From Schizochytrium sp. TIO01 (lineage: Eukaryota; Protista; Bigyra: Labyrinthulomycetes), in assembly GCA_004764695.1 (NCBI GenBank), contig SMSO01000031.1, positions 4,006,436 through 4,070,435 of the forward strand: 64,000 nucleotides of DNA, in the 5' to 3' direction. The translations under genes and the position numbers were made by a program. The notes under the pieces are model-generated. The model saw only the letters and a list, made by a program, of their open reading frames with translations. It made no database searches and had not been told where the DNA came from. Position 1 is the first letter of the stretch, and every line of letters begins with the position of its first letter. Below, piece by piece: positions 1-13,200 of the stretch.

Positions 1-3000
1 TCGTCATTGTTATATGAAAGTAAAGTTGCGTTTCTGCTTTGCTTTGCTCGAGAAGGACTCCGTCTCTTCAGTGAACAAAGGACAGAGCTGCCTCACCACG
101 AGAGTTGCTTCTGATTCCTGAGAGGCTAGACACCTAGCTGCCTATCTCTTTGCTTCACGATCGCTTTCTTTACTCTTTGTTTCTTTCTTTCGGCTGTCGT
201 CGGTGATGCCGGAGTTGCGATTGGGGTTTGCTTTTGCATCCTTTCGCATCGCTCATTTCATTCTCTTTCTCTTTTCAATTTCTTTTTTAAGCGTTTTCAA
301 TCGCTTCTTTTTATGTCAGATCTTAATCAAGCATCTATATAGTTCTATAAAGCATGATATTCTTTTCTCCGTCTTTTCTTCCTTTCCTTTCAGCTTGCTC
401 TCATCCCTTTTAAAGCTTTCCTCTCATTCGTGACAACTTCCTTCTGGGTCTTCTCATCATCCTCTCCTAGTCATTGGCTAAGTATATTGCTACCCGTCGA
501 ATGCTAAACTATAGTTCGCTTCAGCAAATTAACATTTATATTTTGTATTTTTGTTTTAAAAAAAATGGCCAAAATAGTATTCAGAACATTATTCATAACA
601 AAAGTAATCACTGATCTGAAAGTTTCTTTTTGAGAATTACAATTGTAATGTGATAGCACCCCCGAGCTGAATGAGACGGCCTTCTTATGTTGCTTTTACC
701 ATCATGGTCCATTATTTGAAAGAAACAAGGAACAACAGTACGCATATATATACTTCTGTTAGTCGACATAGTATTGCCAGTTCCCCTGATCCTCTGGAAA
801 ATGTATTTTAGTGGAGAAAGTAGTTAAAGTAGTTATAGTAGTGGAAATAGTGCTTACTTACTTCTATGTCCTCCTTTTAAAAAAGAGCGTCCTTCTTCTT
901 CCTTTGTTTTCAGCGCAGCTCACCATCCCAACTGCGCTTCTTTCAGTATTCGCATTATTTATCCCTTTAATTAAAAAAGAAAAGAAAAAGCAATTTCCTG
1001 TGGATTGCTTCACTGTTTAATTAAAAGCTTTTTATTAAATAATAATAGATTAATAGATATGTGGTAGATTTTCAAGAAATCTACGAAAAGCATTCGATTA
1101 TTCGCTCAAAATCAATGTTTTGAGGCACGTAGGCTCTGTCCTTTCGAAGAGGCCTCGTAGAGGGTGAAAGGTAATGAAGGGAACGAAGAAAGCCAAATTT
1201 TTAAAGGGGCGAATTATTCGATACTGAGAAGAATCGATCGAACTAGAAAATTAGGAAGAAGTGAAAGTGCAAACAAAGAAGGCTCGGTGCGTAACGTCCA
1301 CTTAGTGAGAATTCCAACTCTGCTAACCTACCTACTAACCGCCTATCACCGATGGGAAGTAAGTAAGAAGGAACATTATACAGGCATTAGTGAAGTAATG
1401 ATGCTGGAAAGTATCAATTTGAATGCTTATTACCAGCCTCTTCAATTTAAAACAAATTACTGAAATATAAATAATAACAGCCTCAAGTTTTCAGTTTATC
1501 ATTTTAATTTTTTATTGTTATTTTAAAATCAAGCAAACAGTACTAGAGAGACGGAGAGAGAGAAGAAGGAAGGGACTCGAGAACCAAATTGCCTTTGTTC
1601 ATCATTGATGTTTCCATCGCGCACTGTCGAGGAAGAGTCTGCTCTTCCTGCTGCTACTTGCAGGGGAAAGAAAGCCTTCTCAAGTCCACGAGCCTTTGCC
1701 TCATCTCTCTTCCCCAAACTGCTCCTAAATCTAGAAAGTTGAGCAATCAAAGAGAAGAAGAGAAGAGAAGAGAAGAAGAATGCACCTCCAGCCACACTTT
1801 TTGGATTCTGTCTGTCTGTCCGTATGATTGATTCTATTCGCCATTCTGATTCTCTTCACTTTAGAAAAGGAAAGAAGAAAAGAGTTATAGTTTTATACAT
1901 GAACAAACAGATAAACAAGAATAGACAACAGATCATTTTAAAATACTGTACCTACCACTATCTCCAGCTCGAGAGAACTTCTGTGCTCAATCAATCAATG
2001 AGAGAGAAGGAGAGAGAATCAATCGGGCGTCGCCGAGGTGTCTTCCATTCCTCAGCTCAGCTCAGCTTTCTCTCCTTTTAATCAAAGAAAGCCCGCTAGC
2101 ACTTCTTACTTGCTAGCTATCTCACGCAGCTCAGCTCTTTCTTTACTCCTTCAAAAAAAAAGAAAAAGAAAAAAAAAAGTAACCAAAATAGAAAATACAG
2201 AATCAGGTTGCTAATGGTTCTAAAGCGCAAAGCAGGTGCACGTACCTGTTTACCTTTTTACCTCTTTCCAAAAAGTGATTTCTTTCAAGTAAGTGCTTCT
2301 TTGATAATTTTTTGTTCGAGGTTTCGTCGTCTTTTCAGTCTCTAGAAGACCGCGCTGCCTCCTCCTCCCCGACTCCGCTCAGCTTTCTTTCAGCTGACGG
2401 CCACGCTCTCGCGCAGAGCTTCTCTTCTCTTCTCTTCTCTTCTTGATCTCAAGTCAGCCCAAGCCGCTCTGCTAGGACCGTCAAGCAGGCCGGCCTGAGA
2501 GCCTCTTCGCAGCCTGGAATTGGCGATGGCGGAGACGAACCTTATCAACGATAATGCCAATGCTGCAAACAAGATCTCGCAAAACTTTCTCTTTCTCTTT
2601 CTCTTTCTTCTTTTATCATTCACTTTCTTCCTTTATCTTTTAATCTATCGTTTTTACTTATTTTTATTTTTAATTGTAAAGGGGGGGAAGAGAAGAGGGC
2701 ATACCCCAGTAGTGTAAGTTAATAGTAGTAGAAAGAAAACATCCTATCCACTAGTTTCTTTCACATTTTCTTCTCTTATACGTACCTAGTATGCTTGTAG
2801 GTACTTTTTAACAGGAGGGAGTAGAAGAAGCTATAAAATACTAGGGACCTAGGGACCACGCAATGCCGAAGCCGAAGTAAAATGTATGCCTTATCGCATC
2901 ACATATGCCCTTCTGGATTGGTTGATTTGCTCTTGATTTTAGGGCATTCTTTGCAAGGTTTGCTACATTGGGTACATAGATACTACCTACTCTCGCGGCA

Positions 3001-4624
3001 GGCAATAACACCCCACTGTTTCCATATACAAAGCTTTACACATCAATTCTTCGCATTTGATCGGTGTTCTCTATGGCATTCAGCGTTCTTTCGGAGAAGA
3101 GGAACGCCCTCCGAGCCAACTCACCGATAGTCATAATTCTTGCCTTGCAACCTGCAAACTAAATATCAAAGGAGGTTATTATGAAGCAAGCAAGCAAGCA
3201 AGCTCCCGCCGTGATGGTATGAAGCGATCATGTGGCGATGGTGGGATGACTCTTGCCAGCTTTGAAGCATTCTAAGCTTGCCCGGTCCTCATATTGCTTC
3301 AACTAACTGGCCTAAGAGTACTTTTCATGTTCTCCTCAACACTGCTTTTCCCCTTCTCATGAGTTTATTGCAATAGTTTGATTGATTGATTGTTTAGGTA
3401 CCTACCTACCTACTTACCTTCCTGCCTAGTAAGTAGAGACAGACATGTAGAGTGAAAGCGAAACGCGCTTCAGCATCAGTGCATTTCATTTCCATCTCAA
3501 TGGATTTTACCGCCATCCCATTTCGCCTACTTTGCCCGTCATTACATCTCATGCATGAAGCTTTCAAATTACTTTTCATCTTCTTTTCTAATTTTAAAAC
3601 AAACCCTTCCTACAGTCTGCTAGTGCTTACGGCTAAGTAAGGCATCCTTTTTCTCTTTTAAATTAAGTTTTAAAGCTCTGGAGGAAACCTAAGTAAGATG
3701 TAGGTAGGTCCCGCTGGTTCAGGCTGCTTCGCAGTCCAATTACTTTTCTTCAGATAAAACTTTTTCCGGCGAGAACCAACGGTGCCGAATGCGACGATCG
3801 GCAAGATCTTTTACTATGGAGTTGATTATCTACTCCTTTTTTGTTTTTGTTTTTTTTAATTTGTTTTTTTAATTTGAAAAAGGCTTTTACCATCAAAAGA
3901 TCGGGAACCAAGCCCAGAATCGACCAAAAGCATACGCCACCACGAAACTAAAAAGCCGCCGTCCCTCCCTGCTTGGCACTATGTATCTGGGCTGCTGTCT
4001 GTCCTGACTGCCATCCGATCGATTCCACGATCTGCTCAACGAGAAAGGAAGGAGCTAAGTCAGTTTGAAAGTCAGTTTGGGCTCATTGGGTAAACGCAAA
4101 AGAAAGAGGGAAATTGAAAAAAAAACAAATATTGCTCTTTCCTCGTCTGTCTGGGCGTAGCTGCGCTAAGGATACTCTAGTGCCAGGAACGGGTGTGATC
4201 TTTTGCCTGTCCTTTCATTTTCACCTTTGCAGGAAGTAAGTTTGACTTGACAAGTAAATCTGTGCTAGGCGGGCAACTAACTGGGTGCTAGGAGGGATGG
4301 TAGTTGGTCTAGCGTTCACTCAGCTCAGCCTGGATTTACTGTGTATGGGTAGTATACTGGTTCCTTGTTTTCAGATGTCATTTATCTCTTTATATCATGA
4401 TAGGTGAATGTGGTAGCAAGTTTTGCTTTGACTTTTAAAACATGATTTTTTCGAGGAGTCATAGTCAACAGCAATTGGTGCAAACGTTAGTTAATGAATC
4501 CCTATCTCATCGCCTCTTGTCAACACGTGGTCCTCTATATGTACTGCCGACTACTTTTCAAAATAAAAATGTTATGTTGCTCTAAAACTAAAACCTCCTT
4601 TTAAAATTAAAAACCCTTTTAATT

Positions 4625-4666
4625 AAACTAAACTAAACTAAACTAAACTAAACTAAACTAAACTAA
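4625..4666. repeat. (AAACT)~8 microsatellite
   Basis: Directly visible. Confidence 0.95.
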
Positions 4667-7200
4667 TCTAAAACAAAACTACCGCACACTGATTTGCCAA
4701 GATGCTCCCCTAAAAAGGTCTCCGAGCTGATCTCGTTCAATGCAAGCTTCGCCAAATAGCAGCGACTGACTGAGTCAAAAGTTATCGTGCTCACTCGCGC
4801 ATCTGCCATCACAGCCTCCTTCGCGCGTGCAGGTGAACGAGCGCTTCGCGCCGCGTTTTCCTCCCCTACGTTCTGAATTACTCTAAAACAAATAAATAAG
4901 CAAAGCAAAGCAAAGCAAACCACAGACAGATTGGCGTCTGTCTATCGAGGCCAGGCAAGCACGCAGATACACGAATTAAAATCCACATATCCGTCCATCC
5001 CTCCATCCATTCATCCCTCCATCCATCAATTGAAGGAATCCACTCCAGCTTAGATGGACACGAAAAGGGTCAGTTTGCCTCGACTTGGCTTATGACTCGA
5101 GCAAGCTCTTCTCAAAGAGCCGCTCTCACTCGACACTCACTCTTGATTGATGATATCTGCTGCTACGATCGAGGGCAGGCAGTTAGTTGTTCACTCGCAG
5201 CAAAGAACTGCGGCGCTGCCTTCGCTCGCTCAGGACGGAGTTCTCGCCGGTTCGCACTGTAGGTCTCGGGAACAGGCCTAGTTCCGGCCGGCGCAGAGGC
5301 AGAAAAGGCTCTCTCTCTGCGCAGCGCAGGCCGCTTCTATCGCAGCGTCAGCAGGGCTTCCTTGGTTTCCTTCCTTCCTTTCCTCGTTCTTGAAGGCAGT
5401 CCCTCGCTCGTTGGGTTGTTCTGTTGCCATAAATTAGTAAGGCGAGGAAGCCTGGCTTCTTCTTATCAGTCAATCAGTCAATGAGGCATTCATTTCTTCA
5501 CAGTCTGGTCCACGAGTTCGAGGGCAAATCACTCGACTCCGTGACCTATCTGCAAGAGCAAAAGACCTACACGTGAAGAAGAAGAAGAAGAAGAAGAAAC
5601 GACTTTGGCAGAGACTGTCCTTGGTACTGGCCAGCCCGTCGATACCCTCCCTCTTCGAAGGTTTGTGAAGAAACCACATTCATTTCTCATGTGTTATGTT
5701 TTTATCATTTCACAAAAAAAAAATTCCTGATTTTACTGACCACAGTGAATTAGAGGCCACGGTTCCCTGCGACAGAGCGCAGTTTGAGAAGAAGCAGCAG
5801 AAGAAGACCCCGACGTCATCACCTGCAAAGGCCGCTGTCTTGAAATCCAGCCGAAGATTCATGCCGATGGAGCGTACCTGTGCAGGTTTCTGCAACTTCG
5901 AATCAGTGAAGCGGCGCTACTTAGCCAGCCAGCCAGATAGCCAGCCAGCTATGCCTGCCTACCAGTAGCACTACTCCCACGCATCGTCCATTTCTCTCAT
6001 GCTTCGCGCATTTCAAACGAGTTGACCGCAAGACACTACAGTGGTTTCATGAGGGATGAGGGAGGGAGTTTCCCAAGTCGGTGCACAACACAGCACCGGT
6101 AAGGCAAGGGCGCGAAGCACGTTTGTTTATTGATTGGGTCTGGGAGTAGAGAGCTGTTCCTCCTCGGGAAGAGCTGTTCCTCTGGAAGAAGCTCGCTTTG
6201 GCGCGGTTTGAGGAGCTTTCAGGATATCAAGAACGGGAACCTCGAAGAACCTGAGGAATCGGTGACGAGAAGTCGAACGACGAGGAGGAAAAACTTTACG
6301 TGCTATCTTGTACCTAGCGCTCACTTACTAAGCTTCCTAACCAACTATGGGTGGAAATGGATAAAATAGTTTTTAAAGTAAAAGAGTAAATAAATCGAAT
6401 TCGGAAAAACAGTTGCGCGTCATTCAATCGGTGGTCAATGTATTTATATATATTTGTTTGTTTATTTACAGTTCACTCGCTCACCCGTTCTCCAGAAATC
6501 TTGGATGTGATTGGCGACTATTTATTCTTTGGTTCTTCTATCCCATCCCCTTATTCTGGTTCATGAAGAAACAAATACCGTACAACACACAGATTCAGAC
6601 ATGCTCCTGCTCCCTCAGAAAGAATCTCTGGTCTTATTTTTTTTGTTTCTTTTTAAAAAGTAAAAAACATTTTTTTTTTAAAAATAAACTCAATAGTCAT
6701 ACGGATGATATTCCTTATACTTCCCTTTTTCTTTTCTTTTTATTCTTTTATTCTTTTATTCTTTTTTCATTTTTTAAAATTGAAATAAAAGCCCATGAAA
6801 TAAAAACAGGAAAACTATCTGAGGAAGAGAACAAACAATCTCTCAGGATGCCAACTGAGCTACGATGATGGCACCGAGAGAGCAGGCGCTTGTCTCCCTC
6901 CCTCCCTCTTCCAGCACCTCGGCCAAGGTCCGCCTCGTCTGCTCCTCCCGCATGCCTCTCGCTTGCTCTCTCGCACCAGCGCCTGCGCCATCGGACATTC
7001 CCTCTTCCTCTCTCCATCGCTCGCTCATTCGGTCCTCAAGTCGGTCGGTCGCTCATTGGCCATAGTACACACCCACCTACAGAGCACTTCTCTCCGTGGT
7101 TAGGCACGCACGGCTAGTGGGTGCCTAGCTGCACCTAGGCAGGCAGATCATGTGCCTGTCACTTCGGACTTTGATTCCTGCGACCGACTGAGTGAGATTG

Positions 7201-7240
<40 letters not shown>

Positions 7241-10200
7241 GGTTTCGATTGTTCGGCTGAAGCCATCGATTTGAGTCGATCGATGGATCGATGGATGACG
7301 GCAGAGTGGAGTCGAACAGAGCCGAGAGTATCTCCGCACGTCTCGAAGACTCGTCACCGCGTGGCGCATCTGCGAATGTTGGTTTGCTTTGCGGTGCCAG
7401 AGAAGGGAGATGACAGTCAGGCTGTGCACAGAAGCGAGGGATGGCGAAAGCGGGCGCTCAGTGCTCGGGCTCGATGCAGAAGGGAGAACAAAGGCGGCCT
7501 GTGCAGAGCTCATGAGAAATGCACACGCATTTGCATGGCAAGCAAACTAAGCCTCATCCATCCTTGAAAGTCTCCAGGAAACGAGGTGCCTTTCCTGTGG
7601 AGGACGGAGCCAAGTCGTCCATTTGAGGATTGATTACACGGCGCGTAAGGGCTGTTGGACTCGGGATTCTTTGACCTGTGATTGGCTGGCTGACTACTGA
7701 GAAGGTGATCGATCCCTCCAATTCAATGCCGGAGACAGGATACTGAGATGGAGTTTCGCATATAAAGTTGATTTTAACCTGAACCGCAGGCGTCCAATTC
7801 TCGCTCTTGCACTTGTACTCATATCAGCAATCAGCAGCCAGAGAGGGTTTTGAAAGAAATGAGCATAACCTTTGACAAGAAACGCTAATAATGCGGTGAT
7901 CTGTTGGAATGCACATCGTCGAAGCTAACACCTCAAGGGACTCCTACTGGGTACTAGTCGTAGCTCTTCATTTCCTGAAAATTAAATTGCTATTGTTTCA
8001 TAATTTATAACTTAGGTTTTGTTTTAAAACAATAATCATAACAAAATAACAAATTAAAATTTTGAGAAATAAAGTAGAAAGAGACTACTCTTGCATTTGC
8101 ACTTTCGCCTTCTTTCTCTTAGGGCTATGTCAGTGCTAGGATGTTTCTACTGCGGTTGCATTTTCGGCAGAGCTGTGCCATACGTCTGTCGATTTTGATT
8201 CTTCGCGTGTGTGAGTGAGTGTGTCGACAATCTGATCCTATTTTTATTTTAATGCTTTCGGTACTATATTTGAAAGGAAAGGAGAAAGGAGGTTTTAAAG
8301 TCAGCGCAAAGTGATCCAGCCCACCACAATCCTAACTTACTGATTTACTAAATATGACTCAAAGGAAGGAAGGATGGAAGAAGTAAATTTATATAAAAAA
8401 GTTTGAGACTTCGCTTGCTCCTCTTATTGTTGTTGTAGCCTCGACGGACGGGGAGGGAGACAGGAGCTCTGGTTATTGTATAAAATGAGAAAGAGAGAAT
8501 GAACCTTAAGAAACGAAGCGGAGAAACAGAACTTGAAGAGAAATGGAAACTCGGCTTCGTGTGACGAACCAGTGACGATGGCCTGCGCTTGCATGCGTAG
8601 TACCTTGGTAGAGGGCTGCCACGAGCGATGACAGAAATTAAGTCGCTGCGAGTCGATTCATGGCAGCCATTGCGTTTCCAGTTTCCATTTGAAGAATGCT
8701 GTGGCGAGAAGAGTGACTCCAGCAATGGAAGACGACTCAAGTGTTGGAGGATTGAAGGGCAAGTGGAAAAGTTTCGCTGCCCTGGCGAATGGAGGTGGAG
8801 AGGACTGCAATAAAAGTATAAAAGTACAAGTAGTAGGTAGAAATGAACTGGTTGTGGTGGTGGTAGACCTGCAAATTCTGCGATGAACTCTCTTACAGAA
8901 TTGGCTTGAGCAAGAGAAAGAAGGAAAGTTGCCACGTCGAAGAATTCAAGCTTCTGAGAATGTGGATACCGCTGTAGTAGCTGCTAAATATGCTATGTAG
9001 TATCTTATTCTCAACTGAACATTGATTCATTTATTGTGGAGGAGCAGGTCGCAAAGAAATAGCGCTGCGTAATCGCTCTTCGCGGTATTATAATAGCTCA
9101 GCGCTTGATGTGCTCCTTCAGGGTGATTTTTGTACTCATCGAAATTATGTTACGCAGTCGCACTCGCATGAAGTTTGTGAGGTCGCGTTCATTAGACTAC
9201 TTTCAAGCTTGCAGCCTCTCTAGATGCTTTGATTAAAAATTGATTGGAATTGTCATCCAGATGATTTTCATAACATACTGAATAGCATGCATCGCTCTAT
9301 CTGTTGGATGGTCAAACTTCGCACGCCAATTTCTTGTCTTCGCGGGCGCTACGCAACTCAGTAAATCAAATAATACTTGGAGCATTAGCCAATCAATATT
9401 CGTATGAGTCGATCTGGTCGTGTACATAAGCTAATCTCAGCAATTTAAAAGCCAACAGCATCGGACCAACTGGCTCATATAGATTACCCTCGTGAAAACT
9501 ACACTTTGCTCCGAAGTGCTGGAATTATTCACATGCACCACAACATCTCACTTAACAGTCTTCTCTTCATCATGAAAACAATTTTCCCAGCTCCTGCTCT
9601 CTGCCCATCGATCTAAAGCTCTCCAGATTTGCCCCCATTTCACTCGCAAAGATCATCACTCTTGCAGGACAGGCCCCAATTTTAATAAAGAGATCTGTGT
9701 GGCGCTGTCCCCTGCCTAACCTAAGAGGTCTGTGTGTCAGTCTGTCAACACAGGCTTGTTTCTCCAGCCAGGCAGCATACTGGCTCGCTAGCTACTGCCC
9801 AGCCAGCCATGCAAACCAGCTGAGCAAGCAGCAGGCAGCTAGCAAGCTAGCTGGCCTGTGCGGAGCCTCGTCCACAACCAGCGAGACAGACAGACAGCCA
9901 GCCAGCCATCCTAGAATGAGATGAGCGAACGTATGTATCTATGTACGTACCTAGGAGGACCCAAATGGCCGCCGGTCGAGGTGGTTTCCCTCCCCAGCCT
10001 CGCACCAAGTCTGCCGGTTTCGCTCCCGGATATCTCTACCCGAGTACTCTGGAGCCTCCTTTCTTTTGCTGCTTGCTTATCACTAACCATGTTGCGAGGA
10101 GGTGATGGATTGGTTTGATTGATGGGGAAAACTTGAGAAGAAAGGAAGAGAAAGTCCTTTTTCCTTTTTTTCTTTCTTTTGGAGAAGTACCTAGGAGGTA

Positions 10201-13200
10201 GTTGGTACGCTGCCTTCACTTGTTCTTGGTAAAACGGAGTAGTTAGTACATTTGACAGAAACACGAGAAGATATCCGCCTGCAGCTGCTGCCTTTGCCTT
10301 TGCACTACTACCTATTGGCTTCCAGGCTACTTTAGCTAAGCTGAAGCTTGGTCATCCTATCAAGTCTAACTCCAATGCTTGCAATGACGAGGAGATAGAA
10401 GTGCGTGCTTTTAATCTTCGCGAGTAAAACCCTGCTGACAAGTTTAACTGATACGAACTTAGCGCCACAGTCTATTCCACATTAATGGTAGTATCGGAAT
10501 TGATAGCTCTACTATCGATCGAGCGTCTTGATACGCTATTGTGAGAGCAAGTAATAACCTGGTCAGTGCTAGATAGGTGGCTTACTCTTGGGTTCGGAGG
10601 ATGTCCCAGTGCAGTCCCTCATGATGGCTGCTTTCTTACTTGGTAAAACAGTGGTATTATAGGTACTTCGTAAAAGCAGGTTCTCTTTGATGTAGAAGTT
10701 AGCGGCGCCTAGGTATACTACAGAACATGACATTTACGTTACGCACTCGACAATATCTTTGATGATGAGATTAGCGTTTTATTCCTCTTATCTAAAATTT
10801 AGGCGAGGGTCGAATTTACGTGTTTCCAAAGCAACTGCCTCAGATACAGAATTATATATTCGAGTTTTGGCACAGTGGTTGCATATATTGCAAAGCTTGC
10901 TGAGGCGACAAATAAAACCCTTTTTGACGAAATTTGTTTTCTGTCGTTCCCGTTATTTTATTTTCTATATTTTAGAGTTATCCAAACCAATGTCAGTTCA
11001 ATGATCGTAATCGCCGTAGGTATGTCTTCTGCTGCCGACCAATCTTTCGTGGATATGGACAACAAAGATGCGTTACACGCTGTTCACTGGCCGCATCATT
11101 CGGCAGTAGCGCTGGTTCTCACCCAGTACTACGCAGGATTTTTGTATTCTAACCTTTTACTTTCCGACTTTATTTTTTTATTTTTAAGTAGATGCCAGTC
11201 AGCAACTGGCATTTCTCATGAGAGCTTTACTTACTTTATTTGAGTTGTACCCAAGCAACATAGCCTGAGTAGTGATGTAAAATAAACAATTCCAAAAGTT
11301 GCCGACGACGGAGAAGAAACCCAACGCTGAAAGCGAACAGAACAGAACAAACAACTGGCAAGCAACAAAGTTTTGAAGTGCTGTTCCTTATTTCTTCTTT
11401 AAATTTTTTAAAAATACTTTTTAAAAATTAACAGCTTTCTTAAACTTCGAAGTTCTATTCGCCTTTGAAGAAACCTTGACCCTCTGGACTGTAAATTTCA
11501 ATATATAACATTCCAAGTTGTTTAAAATATTTAATTTAAAAAAATAGATGTTTGATAATAATAAAAACTTCAGTCTTTAAACATCACACTTTGAGCTGTT
11601 CATCGCTGAACCCTCCGCTTTATGTGCCTATCACACGCTGCTGCTATCTACCAACTACTTATTAAATTCAATTTGGAATAGACTTTCGTTCTACCTACCA
11701 ACTTACCTCTAAAGTTTGCTGATATCTACTTGTCCAATGAAATACTCCAACTTCGTTCGACGCTCACACTCTCTCCAAAGTCCAGTTCCTTTCGATTGCC
11801 TTAGGTAGAAGAGCTCTTCGTCAGCTTAAACGAGATTATCGACGCGACGGCTCCGCTGTCGTGGTCATCATCATCACAGTAATACGAATAGTTTCTCCCT
11901 TTACAGGCAGTAGTAGGTCCTTTGAGCATTGGCTAACTTAAGTGGGCACGGCACCACACTAGCACCACTTCCTCGGCGCTCTTTTAAACAGTCTAAACTA
12001 GCAGTTGACACGAATGGACATGATGAAGGAAAGTAGTCTAATCAGTCGATCGAAAAGCGAGAGCTCCCCAAATGAGTGATCGAAAGTCCTTGGCTTTGGA
12101 ATTCGCAGTCTCCATCGAACTTGAAGGCCTAGGTTTCTTTCGTTGATTTTGCTGTTGTTTTTTCAAGACATATATATGATAGTCAAACTAGCAGTCAGCA
12201 GCAACGAGGTGTGCGATCATGTGAATATTACGATCGATGATGGGTGCAGCAAATCAGAGACCGACGTAAAGAATACAATGGATTGACCAAAGCAACACTG
12301 AAGTATGGCCGACACCTTTGCAATAGTAACGCTGACATCTCGGAGACGAGCTCAGGTGTCCCGAAGAATCCACTTACTACGCTTACTTGACGGCTTCAGA
12401 GCAGCTGTAGACCTAATTCACGAACACTCAGTCACGATGGATGATACTAGGTAGCAAAGGGTATAGTAAGGCACTTTAGAAAGCTTTTCTATTCATAGTA
12501 TGACGCATGAACTATTTTCATGTTTTAATAATTTAACATGTAAATGATGGCGCTGAACTGTCTCTGCAATAGTGGCCTTAAAAGGAAGACAAAGTAAAAT
12601 TTGTAAGGAAGGGCGGTTCAGAACTGGAACCTTTCATTAAAAAAACTCTCTTTGCTCTTTTTTTTTTTTATGATAGTTTTGTCATTACATATTAACAGGC
12701 CTTTTTCTTTCTTTATTCTTAAAATAAAATTGAGATTCAGACTAAAAATATTACCTTGAAAAGAGGTGAGTAATTCCTAATTTCCAGAAGTGCTAGAGCT
12801 GCTATATATCATCAGAAAACATATGAAAGTGCCCTGTTTAGTATGAAGCTTCTTTGTATTTTACAGATTTTTTATTTTTAAAAGTAAAAATAAAATAAAA
12901 AATGTGTAGCCATGTAGTACTTCTTTCTCCTTTCTCCTTATCTTGTGCGATGGTCTGGTAATTGCAATTTTTAATGCTGTTACAGAGGAGCTAATATGAG
13001 CCCGCACAGATGTATAGGGTACAATTTGATGCAAAAGCGCGCCGCTAGACCCCGGTCAGTCAGTCAGTCAGCCAGTCAGTCAGTCAGTCAGTAAGTGAGT
13101 AAGTAGATCTGAGTAAGCCTCGCAAGACCAGCCCATTATTCAAGTCCTGATCGAGCAGGAGACCGGTTTTGTAAGTGCCAATCTTCGTTGAAGCGTGGTC

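Noticed and set aside
1064-1156. Three consecutive 6-8-bp hairpins
   Set aside because: Short, mostly AT-rich stems expected by chance; no other support.
4625-4666. (AAACT)n as an interstitial telomere
   Set aside because: No G-rich TTAGG(G)-type unit; an ordinary pentanucleotide microsatellite.
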